A DNA stretch of 64,000 bases, taken from contig JAANOX010000126.1 of assembly GCA_020184695.1 (NCBI GenBank), forward strand, positions 496,001 to 560,000. Reading direction: 5' to 3'. The DNA comes from Histomonas meleagridis 2922-C6/04-290x (taxonomy: Eukaryota > Protista > Parabasalia). How positions within the stretch are numbered: the stretch's first letter is position 1; each line of letters opens with the position of its first letter. Shown piece after piece: positions 10,501 through 20,516 of the stretch. Below the pieces are notes generated by a model. The model had not been told where the DNA came from, made no database searches, and worked only from the letters and a program-made list of their open reading frames with translations. Made by a program: the position numbers and the translations under genes.

Positions 10501-11310
10501 AACATGTGTTCCATGCTCCTCATTTGTCATGCCTTTGTATAATTCTTCCTCTGTCACAGCATTCATATAGAAATATATCTTTCTATGATTTGGCATTGGT
10601 TCATTAAATATAAGTGTCGTATTTGGATCATTAAACATTGCATGATGATAATCCAATAATGTATCATAAAATGCAACTAATTGATTCTTACCTGTAATTC
10701 CTTTTAGTTCTAAATATCTCGAAATTGATGGATTACCAAAAGAATCATTTTTAAGATCAATATCATTTTGCTGTGTATATCCTGAAGCGATATTATTATA
10801 TGTTTTGGGTTTCTCATATTTACTAATAGATTCCACTTCATCAAGTTGACTAAGATAATATGTAACTTCTTCTGGATTATTTGTTTCTAAAATCATTGAA
10901 TTATTTGACTTTGAAATAACATTAAATATATCTGTTTTATATGATTTCATAAAAATCCCGTTAACATATATAAGAGAGGAGTTCATAATTTCATTTAAAT
11001 TATTAATTTTGTCTTTTGGTTGAAGAGGATAAATCAATGCATTAATTCTTTTGAGATATGAAATTTGTGAAGGTGCTAAAAAAAGTTTATATATGTTTTT
11101 ATATACCATTTGATGTTTTCCTATATATATCTTATTAGCTTTCAATTGTGAAATATTTGGATATTCTGGAAAATAAACATATGCCCATGTACTTTCTGAT
11201 GACAAGATTTTTTTTGATTTATCTGTTCTAAAAGCAATCTTCTTACCTAATGCTGTTGAAAATCTAAACTCTTGACTTGCAGCATATGTTGCGAAGATGT
11301 AAATAATCAT
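7570..11310 (-). CDS. Membrane-anchored subtilisin-like S8 serine protease
   Basis: Catalytic D (VAFYDTLLD), H (EEHGTHVAGT), oxyanion N (AAGNE) and S (DGTSMAAP) are all present. KPDIMAPG, a Cys-rich EGF-like stretch, a C-terminal TM helix and a basic tail follow. Confidence 0.92.
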   Translation of the reverse strand: MIIYIFATYAASQEFRFSTALGKKIAFRTDKSKKILSSESTWAYVYFPEYPNISQLKANKIYIGKHQMVYKNIYKLFLAPSQISYLKRINALIYPLQPKDKINNLNEIMNSSLIYVNGIFMKSYKTDIFNVISKSNNSMILETNNPEEVTYYLSQLDEVESISKYEKPKTYNNIASGYTQQNDIDLKNDSFGNPSISRYLELKGITGKNQLVAFYDTLLDYHHAMFNDPNTTLIFNEPMPNHRKIYFYMNAVTEEELYKGMTNEEHGTHVAGTIAGCASNPNSKISSFNGVAPESKLLYLGGITDFENNIEDPYYNALITSLFNTPNLHVFSNSWGKDEIYSSYDNRYYDNLIYSDTIGEKILFGFAAGNEAEKIDSYSISCPSSAKNILSIGAADILFYYQLLVTDGIKEIPIYTNSTGLIESKILDLKEFHLSDINDFTQKAQTSKYLILGTEAINLFYSEHEKFTNLLKLQAINYQIQMIFYDFSFDTYQEFENDFIKKQNSELYVHTYQDDALKEMIGKKLNLIKNFPHSMKPLHNVSKSSYSSCGPSYLGIIKPDIMAPGTAIKSAKSNSIPVRDHGSDDSDYMNHLIYMDGTSMAAPNTGGAAALISQYLYDGYYLNETVNVNSLLLKSILIASASREDGSSTPDCYSGHGLIDLSKVLPFNDTDFGLRFTKFIKMRKEEIHHVGSIKINNNNVPLRVVLCSHDIAVNPDSLIPILYDLDLVVISPSKKIYIGNNRTQDTEHLTLNEKVIVPISELEKGEYEIHVISNVEIEGEGYAPYVVTAVGPFTQNDIKLNPIYIEMKNTLDCIPLTNGICKNGKMKCNKGYSGQLCNIQFMEFPNYKSNFIIRIPANTFTYFKISPQTQYDKLLISTISLKEVNTRSVIWEMGSPDNYIPILAEKGTLINSITSKEYFNGFVEVDSQKEHYFMISNNFRDDTEFITCALNAPHDGPLCLCKDNKCSKNKCEFQNIYSDLNSLYGLMDYVNNRVFYIDCSTYLSLILLSLINVNLELLNKENQKQIVTLINHTDLVLNLTAKDLILQFGNDVESIQQYVIFNYLKITNISFISNNHYLYVQNLITDFESYSESIMQATVINMSDTSDPIPIIKIYNNYLELITKTNETRKVQFLDGMKFTFLTNRSPNDKMRIINGEKETINITNNISITIIIFQKCEIEIDEALKNIVRIIHQKQNILTKGVIIAISISVSVVIVISIIVIIVLIKRKRNNDSSQEDKIDELLNP

Positions 11311-11845
11311 TGTGATATCAAAATAGCCACACCAAATATTTCAATACAACGAAGCCATCTTTTGGTGTTTGAATATATTTTCAAAAGAAAAAAACAATTA
11401 ACTCAATATTTGAATGAATTCGTTATTACACTACAACCTCAGGTTATGTAACTTGGAACATCTTAAAATTTGACTTAGAATAGAAGTTTTCAAATCGATC
11501 ACTTTAAAGCAAAATACTTAAATCTTAAGAAAGAAAATAAAATGTGATTGATTTAATTTTTTATTAGAAGATAAACATCATCATTTTTGATTTTCTTGAA
11601 AAAATTTCAATTATGAAACATAAAATAACCTCAATATGATGCACATAGTTTGCACTTTGAACGAACATTTTTGTATTATTCCAGTTAATTTTGTCTGATT
11701 CAATATTAATATTTTGATTTGACAATTTATTGTTTGAGTCAACTACGAAAATTTGAAAAATGGAAACAACACCATGAATATACATTTCCAAAATGCATTC
11801 CAAGTGGTTTTGAACATAAATATAAAACTATGAATTAATTAATTC

Positions 11846-12211
11846 TTATTCATCGTATTTAAAATCAAACGATGCTTGCATTAGTTCCGACAACTCTTCG
11901 TATTGCTTTTGAATTTTTGGAAATGATTTAATTTTGTTTTCATAGAAAGCAATCTGTTCTTTTAATCTACGATTTTCTTCCAATAGATTGTTTATAATTT
12001 TTTGATCAGAATCAATTTTAGCAGAAAGATCTTCGAACCTTTTTTTAATTTTTAAAGATTCATTTTTTAATTTTGTATTCTTAGAATCTTTTTGCTTTTT
12101 AGAAATATCTTTTTCAAAGAAAAGATCAAGCATTTCATCATCATATGTTTTCTTTTCTTTCTTTTGGTTTTTAGCAAGATTCGACATTGAATAACTTGCA
12201 AACTTTTTCAA
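11846..12211 (-). CDS. Small coiled-coil hypothetical protein
   Basis: 121-aa K/E/L-rich heptad-like ORF, head-to-head with GPN3. Confidence 0.6.
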   Translation of the reverse strand: MKKFASYSMSNLAKNQKKEKKTYDDEMLDLFFEKDISKKQKDSKNTKLKNESLKIKKRFEDLSAKIDSDQKIINNLLEENRRLKEQIAFYENKIKSFPKIQKQYEELSELMQASFDFKYDE

Positions 12212-12241
12212 TACATAACGATAGAGGGAATCAGACCAAAA

Positions 12242-12246
12242 TCATT
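12242..12246 (+). promoter_or_regulatory. Trichomonad initiator (Inr) element
   Basis: TCATT immediately upstream of the GPN3 ATG at 12249. The same arrangement occurs at 19023-19027 and 47783-47787, and on the minus strand at 60767-60771. Confidence 0.6.
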
Positions 12247-12248
12247 TC

Positions 12249-13103
12249 ATGACTACACGATTTGCGCAAGTTATAATTGGTCCAGCTGGATCTGGCAAGT
12301 CTACTTACATTGCCAATGCCAAAAAACATTTTGATGATATCAAAAGAATTGTTCATTGCGTTAATCTTGATCCAGCAGCAGATAGTCTTCCATATGATCC
12401 AGAAATTGACATACGTGAAGCCATTGATATCAAAGATATAATGCAGAAACAAAAACTAGGGCCAAATGGTGCACTTGTTTTTTGTCTTGAGTCAGTTGCC
12501 ATGCAATCAAAATGGTTTGATGAAGTAATTGGCGAACATGAGTATGACTATCTTCTTATTGATATGCCTGGTCAAATTGAATTATATTCACATCTTACAG
12601 TTCTTCCAGAATTATTATCAAATTTAACACATAAAGGTTATTCACTTATTATGGTATTTTTAGTTGATGCCCAATTTCTTTCTGATCCTGGTAAGTTTTT
12701 AAGTACATCACTTGTTGCGCTCTCGACAATGACGATGCTTGAACTTCCGCACATTAATGTAATTTCAAAATGTGATCTTCTTCCCGAAGAAGACTTAAAG
12801 AAAATAGACGACTTTACAGAGATGGAAACATTCGCACTAATGGATAGGATAAAGCCGAATAGCACAATTGCGGAACTTACGAATAAAATTTGCGAATTAA
12901 TTGACACTTTCCGTCTTGTACAGTTTCGGATGTTGAATCTAAAGGAAGAAGATAGTTTAAGCGATTTGATACAGTCAATAGATATGATAATTCAGTATTA
13001 TGAAAATGCTGATTATGGAGATGAGGAATTCCATGAGGTAGCAGATGAAGAGGGTGATTACTCTGATTTGATAGAGCTTAGAGAAGGTCCACCCCCATTT
13101 TAA
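12249..13103 (+). CDS. GPN3: GPN-loop GTPase 3
   Basis: RFAQVIIGPAGSGKSTY, VNLDPAA, LGPNGAL, DMPGQIELYSH and PHINVISKCDL, with an acidic tail. Confidence 0.9.
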   Translation: MTTRFAQVIIGPAGSGKSTYIANAKKHFDDIKRIVHCVNLDPAADSLPYDPEIDIREAIDIKDIMQKQKLGPNGALVFCLESVAMQSKWFDEVIGEHEYDYLLIDMPGQIELYSHLTVLPELLSNLTHKGYSLIMVFLVDAQFLSDPGKFLSTSLVALSTMTMLELPHINVISKCDLLPEEDLKKIDDFTEMETFALMDRIKPNSTIAELTNKICELIDTFRLVQFRMLNLKEEDSLSDLIQSIDMIIQYYENADYGDEEFHEVADEEGDYSDLIELREGPPPF

Positions 13104-13429
13104 ATAAGTTTTGTTATGTTTTTTATTGTGCTAAACAAGAAAAATTGTTTTTTAATGTTAAAGATATTTATTCGATTTTTATATATAAAAAAATTATGAG
13201 GAAGAAATTTATGGAATTTTGATAGTTGTGATGGAATAAATTAGCGAAAATAACACAAAAATTAAAAAAGTTAGAACCTTAATTGGTTTGAACAGAATCA
13301 TTATATTTTGCACATCATAAAACTATTAAAGAAATCGAAAATTTTAAGGAAAAAGTTTTCTATGAACATTCTACGATTGCTCATTCGAAACATAATATTT
13401 TTATAGGAATTCTATGATTCCTTTGAAGA

Positions 13430-13735
13430 ACTTTTATTGAGCTTTCAAAGAATGATTGTGAACTTCACAAAAAATATGGTAAAGAAGGCCATAATCCATG
13501 AAATTGCGAAAATAATGCGAAATGATGAAATAGAAAGACTTCAAGAAATATCATCACAAAATGATTTTAATTTTGCTCAAAGCATTGAACCATCACTTTA
13601 TGAAAGATGTCATTTATTAATCATAAAAATGTTACATTAATTGATTATGCAGCATTTTTTTCTTCAGTCAAATGTTTTAAATTTTTACTTATGAATGGCG
13701 CAAATATAGAAAATACAGGTAAATATGCAATTGGT
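13430..13735 (+). pseudogene. Frameshifted relic of a DUF3447/ankyrin-family gene
   Basis: Reads across frames as SKND.ELHKK..KEGHNP, RNDEIERLQEISSQNDFNF, PSLYERC, LIDYAAFFSSVKCFKFLLMNGANIENTGKYAI. It is near-identical in wording to the intact paralogue at 59561-60751. Confidence 0.8.
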
Positions 13736-15209
13736 ATTCAAAAATATCATTTCGTTTTTGAAACAACAGCCAATTTTTTTAGGAACGTTAAAAGAGTGCC
13801 GTTTAAAAATAATGAACCCAAAATACAAAAAACCACCAAAAAGTTCAAGGCAAATATACCAATTTTTATCAACGTCAACAGTGTCACACGATGTTGACCA
13901 AATTTCTGAGCCTACAGCAAAGATAATTACTTCCGTTCAAGATGCAATTAATTCATTAAAAAGAGGTGAAGACCTTATAACTTGTCTAGAACTTTTTTAT
14001 AACGAACTCAGTGATGTAAAGAAGAGAAATATTTCAGTTCAAATATTGGTTGATTCAGACGTAATTCCATATATCCTACCATATTGTTCTATTGAAAGTC
14101 AAATAGATATATTACTTAATGCACTTAGAGTAGCCAATTATCTATCAGTAGTAGATCAAAGTGAAAACTCCGCTTTTCAAAATTTCGATTTTATTAAAAA
14201 TTTATTAGATCTTCTCAACCCCACCGAACCACACGAAATAAGGAGGCTTGTTCTTAACATTTTCTATAATCTTCTCAAAGATGAAACAATTGGAAATAAT
14301 ATTTTCTTGCAATTGAAAGACCACTCCTTTCTTTCCATCTTATTCACACCTGAGTTTATTGCTTTTATTGATTCTGGGATCAAACAAATTACATATGAAG
14401 ATACTGAATATATTGATTATATATTTTCTGTGTTTACACAATTTATTCAGTGGCTTCATGATGAAGACCTCCCTGAGCTTCTTTGCTTTGTTCCTTTACT
14501 TCTTAAAGGTCTAAATTTTTGTTCACAGTTTTTTCGCGAAGAAATTTTTGAAAGCTTTACAATTATATTTCAGAACCATCAAAACGTCCAAAATTCAATT
14601 GAATTCAATATACCCGAAAATCTCATCAAATCATTACAACTTTATCATGACGGAACTGTTCCATATATTTTTGACGTGATTTATTATTTTTGTTGTGACG
14701 GGAATTTCGACCCACATTTTCTTACAAAAGATTTTTTTTCAATATGTCAACATTTGTTAACTACATCATCAAACAAATATAAACCACATATAATAAAAAC
14801 ACTTGAACTCTTTATTCCCAACTTTCATAATCTATTGTGGGAAAGTAATATCATATTTAATCTCATTGACATGATGAAAACTGAAATTTGTTCATTGCGA
14901 ACAAAATGCGCATATTTCTTATTGAACTTTTCGATATTTGCAGATAATATGCAAATCATTGAAATGAGTCAAAAAGGATTCGTGGATCAAATCGCAATAA
15001 TGTTGAATACTTTTGACTTAAAGGGATTTGTATACGCTTTGGATAAAATGAAAAATTTGGTGATGAGAAATACCGAAGTTTCGGCGCTAATCACAAATTC
15101 GGTTGAAATTCATGATGCCGTCGAAGCGATGACCAATGACGAAGATGAAGAAATTGCTCAAATTTCGGAGGACTTCATGAATACTGTTTTTGTGGAAAAT
15201 GAGGAATGA
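13725..15209 (+). CDS. ARM/HEAT-repeat helical protein (importin-alpha-like fold suspected); likely ATG at 13812
   Basis: Long ORF with an amphipathic helical repeat pattern, a basic N-terminus and an acidic C-terminal end. No catalytic motif. Confidence 0.65.
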   Translation: MQLVFKNIISFLKQQPIFLGTLKECRLKIMNPKYKKPPKSSRQIYQFLSTSTVSHDVDQISEPTAKIITSVQDAINSLKRGEDLITCLELFYNELSDVKKRNISVQILVDSDVIPYILPYCSIESQIDILLNALRVANYLSVVDQSENSAFQNFDFIKNLLDLLNPTEPHEIRRLVLNIFYNLLKDETIGNNIFLQLKDHSFLSILFTPEFIAFIDSGIKQITYEDTEYIDYIFSVFTQFIQWLHDEDLPELLCFVPLLLKGLNFCSQFFREEIFESFTIIFQNHQNVQNSIEFNIPENLIKSLQLYHDGTVPYIFDVIYYFCCDGNFDPHFLTKDFFSICQHLLTTSSNKYKPHIIKTLELFIPNFHNLLWESNIIFNLIDMMKTEICSLRTKCAYFLLNFSIFADNMQIIEMSQKGFVDQIAIMLNTFDLKGFVYALDKMKNLVMRNTEVSALITNSVEIHDAVEAMTNDEDEEIAQISEDFMNTVFVENEE

Positions 15210-15635
15210 GATTATTATTTTTTGTTTTGTATGTAAAAAACCTCAAATGAATCCCTATTTTCTATTTTATCAAACTGAAATGTATTTATTATTTATATTT
15301 CGTGTACATTCGCGAATGTATTTATTATTTATATTTCGTGAGATACATCAAAACTTTTCATGAAATATACTATTTACTAAATAAGAAAATCATATGGTAG
15401 AAGAATCATACATAGTTGTGCTTAAGACTGATTCAGTATAATTTTTGTTCAAAAAGACAATCAGATTCACAAAATTTATTCCAGCATTTTATTCTCAGTT
15501 AGCGGTGAATAAAAATATAAAGTATTTAAAATGTCTTCCAAACGTTGGTTCAAATAATATTTAAAATATTCTATAAGATCTCTTAAATTCCAATTGAACT
15601 GTTTCAATTCCAAGTAAACGTGAAAAAAGTGACAA

Positions 15636-16988
15636 TTGACAATGGAAAACCCTCAAGTTAATGATAATTTGGATGATATGGTAGATCTACCTTCGTCTAA
15701 TGATTATTGTACGAATCAAGCCCCCATGAAGATTGATAAGATAAGTCATTGTTCAGCAATTTTTTATCTTTTTTTAATTTGCGTTACATTACTTTGTGTA
15801 CTATTTACCTCGTTTTTAGGTTTAAGCAAATTTTCTTCAAATAGGGTTGAATTTCCAATAACAAATAAAACCAGGTTTGATTTCTATAATACACCTATAG
15901 AACTTATTCCAGAATATAGCTTTGCTGCATTTCAATTTGCTCTTTATAAAGATCTTGACAGTTTAACAACAGAAGCGACATTAGACATCAATTTTAATTT
16001 CACAAAAGAAAATGGTGAAAAATTACGAAAAATTACAAGACAATCCAAAGGCACCAAAGTTCACTTTAGACAAGCATCGCAACTTTCTGAATTTGTTGAT
16101 GTTTATTCTACTCATCACATTTATCCTGGGAATTATTATGGTTCACTTTCCATCACTGGGGATCTCTCATCATTTCAACTTTGTTCTATTAGTTGGGATG
16201 TTGGTAATCCAGTTATTCATTATTATCAATTATCTCTTCAATTTATATTTTTACTTTTTTCCACCATCATAACACTTATCATTTTCCTTACTAACAAGAA
16301 ATACGATCCTAGTGAGATTTCCACTGAATTTAATAATTTTGTTGCCACACTTATTTCATTTGTCATTGTTGGCACTTTTTCGATGTTCACCGTTAACAAT
16401 TTTATATGGGACTTATTTTTGCAGCTATTTCGATTGCTTACTATTATTTTATTTAAGCTTAGTTTCATAACACTCATTACATCTGTTCGAATGCAACGAA
16501 ACCCGAAAGCAATTGATGAACTCATTACACAATTTTCATATATATTAATTATTGGAACAGAAGTTGTTGTCCATATCATCAAATTCTTTAGTGTATTTGA
16601 AGTTAATCAACTTACATATGAACTTCATGCACACAAAATGAAACAAATTGCTGACATTGTTTATGTTATAGTATTAACATATCAAAACATTTTATCAATT
16701 AAATCCGTAAATGAAGGCGAAAGATTTCGATTTGTCATCTACATATTTTGTATTATAATATATTACGTATCAGATAGTTTGGCACATTTCGCTGCTGTTA
16801 GAAGAAATACATTCCAATTCTTAATTGTCGATGAAATCATTATGAATACTGCAATGTTTTGTTTGATTGTGGTATCATTATACTTCCATGCACCACAGAA
16901 AGAAATAAGCGTCGAAGAATATAGAGATATAGACTCAGAAGAAAACAATCAAGAACAAGATGGCACTTCATTACTTGCTGATAATTAA
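15636..16988 (+). CDS. Multi-pass membrane protein (N-terminal TM, lumenal domain, ~7 further TMs); ATG at 15642
   Basis: Hydrophobicity pattern of the translation. The architecture recalls TMEM181/Wntless-like proteins, but no family-level motif was verified. Confidence 0.7.
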   Translation: MTMENPQVNDNLDDMVDLPSSNDYCTNQAPMKIDKISHCSAIFYLFLICVTLLCVLFTSFLGLSKFSSNRVEFPITNKTRFDFYNTPIELIPEYSFAAFQFALYKDLDSLTTEATLDINFNFTKENGEKLRKITRQSKGTKVHFRQASQLSEFVDVYSTHHIYPGNYYGSLSITGDLSSFQLCSISWDVGNPVIHYYQLSLQFIFLLFSTIITLIIFLTNKKYDPSEISTEFNNFVATLISFVIVGTFSMFTVNNFIWDLFLQLFRLLTIILFKLSFITLITSVRMQRNPKAIDELITQFSYILIIGTEVVVHIIKFFSVFEVNQLTYELHAHKMKQIADIVYVIVLTYQNILSIKSVNEGERFRFVIYIFCIIIYYVSDSLAHFAAVRRNTFQFLIVDEIIMNTAMFCLIVVSLYFHAPQKEISVEEYRDIDSEENNQEQDGTSLLADN

Positions 16989-17406
16989 ATAAATGTAATT
17001 TTAGATAATGTGAAATGACTATTTATGTCCTGTGATTGAATGGTTTACTCGGGACTTTTGAATTATGAAGTCGTAATCAATTGATTTGAGAGCAAATTTT
17101 TCTCCCGAATTCAGAAGTATACTGAAAAAGTGAAATATCGTCGGAACGTTATTTAGCAAAAAACACCTTGTCTGTGATCATCAATTCGATTTTTACAAAA
17201 TTAATTAATGATTAACATTAATTCGAGTATATCTGACATTTTTTGAATCATTAGAAATGTCTTTGTTTTGTTTGTTATATGTTGGATTAAAAATAACGAT
17301 GAGCTTGCATTTTTTTGGCAAAAAAAGTGATGAATTTGAATACAATAACCGTCTCCAAAATTTCTGGGAAAGATCATTTCATATAACATTTCTCGACATT
17401 TAAATT

Positions 17407-18786
17407 ATGCAACTTCAATTTAAAAATAATAGCACATTAAAATCTACAAAAAAGGAAAGAAAAAAAGCAATATTTCAAGAATCTGAAGGTCCGCCACAAG
17501 TACCTAAAATTAATCAACAAATTTGTGCTGAAAATGCAAGAGGAATTTACGAAAACATAATGACAGGAAATCCAGAAGAAATAAAAACGGCCCTCCTCAG
17601 CTTTCCGTTTTTGTTTTGTAATGAAATAACAGCACGTTGTCCAACACCTGAAATTGTCGACATAATTTTTAATTTTTCTTTATCACAAGACAGCGATGTT
17701 GCATATCCTGCACTTGCGTGTATTTGCACCATATTTGAAACATTTCCAGAAGTCCGAGAATTTTTATTTGCCCGTGAATTTTACACACAAATGCCAAGAT
17801 TTTTTAATGAAAATGATATGCTTTGGCACATTTCAATCCTCTGGGATCTCGATCCACGAATCATGCAATATCTAATTTCTTCCGGCTTAATTCCTTTCAT
17901 CATTCAAAACATTCAACAGTCAGAACTTGATTATTTTAAACAAGCACTTGAACTTTACACCAAACTTCTTAATAAAGAAGTTCCTGAAGCTATTGAACAA
18001 GTTCGAGAGCTTTTATTACATCTTACATTTGATCAAAAAAGTAAGAAGCAAGTTGACTCCTTAAATTTTTTATATGCTGCATTACCAATTGTTGAAGAAG
18101 ATCTTCGTAACGCCAGTTTTTTTGATGTTTTTATTCCCAAAATTTTAAGTTTTGAAGCAAATGAACTTTCTGTAGCCTTTTCTATTGTCGAACGCATTTC
18201 TTATTTCCAAGAATATGCCATATATTTATATAACAAAGACATCATTTCTATTATTCATGCCTTATTTACAATGGAAGAAGAGTTTAGTCAACCCAATCCG
18301 CGAGTTAGTTCATTAAATATATTAGCAAACATTGCGCATTTAGGCATTGATTATATTAAGCCTATGTTATCTACACCAATTATTGACGATATATTATGCT
18401 TTTTTAGACAAGGACAATATGAAGAACGACTTGTAGCAGTACGATTTATCACAGAATTAATTAAATATGTTACGAATTATACCGAAATCCAAAACTTTAT
18501 ATATCAAAATGATATACTTGAAATATTAATGGAAATATTACAAACAAATTATGACCAATGTTTTGTGGATATATTAGAAGCATTTCATTCATTGTATGAG
18601 AAACATTCAATAACAAATTTAATCATTGAAGAATTAGATCAACAATTTGTTGATATATATTTCTCGGATGAATTCATTGAAACATTACAAAATATTCAAA
18701 ACATGGAAAATGTTGAAGAAGATCAAAACTTCACCAAATTACAAGGTATGATACAGACTATTTTAGAAGAACTGAACCCTTCTTAA
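17407..18786 (+). CDS. ARM/HEAT-repeat helical protein
   Basis: 459-aa ORF with an amphipathic helical repeat pattern and a basic N-terminus. Confidence 0.65.
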   Translation: MQLQFKNNSTLKSTKKERKKAIFQESEGPPQVPKINQQICAENARGIYENIMTGNPEEIKTALLSFPFLFCNEITARCPTPEIVDIIFNFSLSQDSDVAYPALACICTIFETFPEVREFLFAREFYTQMPRFFNENDMLWHISILWDLDPRIMQYLISSGLIPFIIQNIQQSELDYFKQALELYTKLLNKEVPEAIEQVRELLLHLTFDQKSKKQVDSLNFLYAALPIVEEDLRNASFFDVFIPKILSFEANELSVAFSIVERISYFQEYAIYLYNKDIISIIHALFTMEEEFSQPNPRVSSLNILANIAHLGIDYIKPMLSTPIIDDILCFFRQGQYEERLVAVRFITELIKYVTNYTEIQNFIYQNDILEILMEILQTNYDQCFVDILEAFHSLYEKHSITNLIIEELDQQFVDIYFSDEFIETLQNIQNMENVEEDQNFTKLQGMIQTILEELNPS

Positions 18787-19029
18787 GACAAAAGCTTGTG
18801 ATGTTTTTGCGTTTTTATTCATGTTTTTAAATAAAATAATTTTTGGTTGTTGATAATTTTTGGGAAAATTATCTATGAAAAGTGTATTTGCAAAGTTTAT
18901 TTTATTTTTGTATTGAATTATTCCAAATTTATTTTCTCAATTAGAAGCTTTTCTGAACTTTGACGATAACTTCAAATAAATGTACAATAAACCGAACAAG
19001 AACGATAACGGCTATCGAATAATCATTAC

Positions 19030-20319
19030 ATGTCCAAAAGAGCTGGCTGGAATTATTCAAAGAAATTGCCAATGACCCCTGACCCATTACATGCAGGGAC
19101 TGCACCTGATAGAACTACTTCTACTTCTCGTTTACATTTAAGACAATGTAACTTTTGGAAATACGGTAAATGTAATTGGGGATGGAGCTGTAGATACCTT
19201 CATGGAAATACTCTTGCCGATGATCCTAGGAGACCTGAATATCGTGGACCTCCTGTAGATTTTACTCAATATCCTAGGCCTTTGCCTACATCTCCACGTT
19301 TCAATTATTCTCCTGGAAACTTTCACGCTGATGATGCATCAAAAATGGTAGCCTTACGTAATGCTGTCGTAGAGATTGTTTGGACAAATGAAACTGATAG
19401 AAAGTTTGGAAAATCAACACAAGAATTATTACTTAGAAATTCCATTGACGTCTTGCAAAGAGATTCTCACCTAGTCAATCCTGATCAACTCAATGACATG
19501 ATTGAACAAAAAGATAGTGATTTTATCATCTACATAGATAATTCAGTCATCAATATCTATCCACAAGGCATTGCAGTGCAACAATCCAAGCTTGTAGATT
19601 ACATACATCGTCATTGGGATGAGGAAAGTAATAATCTTAGTCCTGATCAAATTGAATTATTAACAAATTCCGACATCGAAAACATCACAACCAAACTTAC
19701 AAACACAGAACACATCTCCAGCCTTATCCAAGATTTCCAAGACAAAGTTTCGGAAGCATTAGCCTCGATGCATTCTGCCGAGAATCAAATTCCCAAGCAA
19801 AAACTCGAAGATTATCGCTATGAATTTTCAGTATTATTTGGGAAGCTCAATTTAGCCAACTCCACCATTGCTGATTCGATCATATATACACCACAAGAAC
19901 GATTCAAAGGAACTATAGTCATGAATCGACCAGAGCCGCCGAAAGGAATTTCGATTTACTTACAACGGACCGTATCATATTTCATTGCGCAATCACTTAC
20001 ACAAGTACATTTGTGTCTTTATCATGTTAACCAAATGATTGGCTGTCTGACGACTAAAGGGCCAATGTTCGCAATCCCACAATCAGGAAGTACGTGTGTA
20101 CATCCATCGCCATTTTGCTTCATGGAATGTTTCAGTCTTTTAGCGAACGAAGATAGAAATGGTAACGACTTCGCACAGAGAATTAACGCAATAGAACCAG
20201 ACAGTGGATCTGTGGACGTGACTCCAAATTATACACTTTCGTTTAGATATAGAGGCCTCGGGGGTGGTTATATGGGAGGACAATATGGGCAAAATGGTTT
20301 TTATTCAAACTATTTGTAA
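19030..20319 (+). CDS. CCCH zinc-finger protein
   Basis: C-x7-C-x5-C-x3-H finger (CNFWKYGKCNWGWSCRYLH), a Pro-rich segment and a G/Y-rich tail. Inr at 19023. Confidence 0.8.
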   Translation: MSKRAGWNYSKKLPMTPDPLHAGTAPDRTTSTSRLHLRQCNFWKYGKCNWGWSCRYLHGNTLADDPRRPEYRGPPVDFTQYPRPLPTSPRFNYSPGNFHADDASKMVALRNAVVEIVWTNETDRKFGKSTQELLLRNSIDVLQRDSHLVNPDQLNDMIEQKDSDFIIYIDNSVINIYPQGIAVQQSKLVDYIHRHWDEESNNLSPDQIELLTNSDIENITTKLTNTEHISSLIQDFQDKVSEALASMHSAENQIPKQKLEDYRYEFSVLFGKLNLANSTIADSIIYTPQERFKGTIVMNRPEPPKGISIYLQRTVSYFIAQSLTQVHLCLYHVNQMIGCLTTKGPMFAIPQSGSTCVHPSPFCFMECFSLLANEDRNGNDFAQRINAIEPDSGSVDVTPNYTLSFRYRGLGGGYMGGQYGQNGFYSNYL

Positions 20320-20516
20320 TAGTTTATTTAATTGAGGAATTAGTAAAATATGAAATATCCGATTCACTACACATATTTGTTGGAAATGAAGTTAAAATTT
20401 TGTGACTTGAAAAAACTGATTTTCATTGAATTTGTGGAAATTTTCATTGAATTTTGTGTGGTTTATTTATTTCAAAGTTGGCGGTTGGGATTTAACGGGG
20501 CTTATGACCACAAAAT

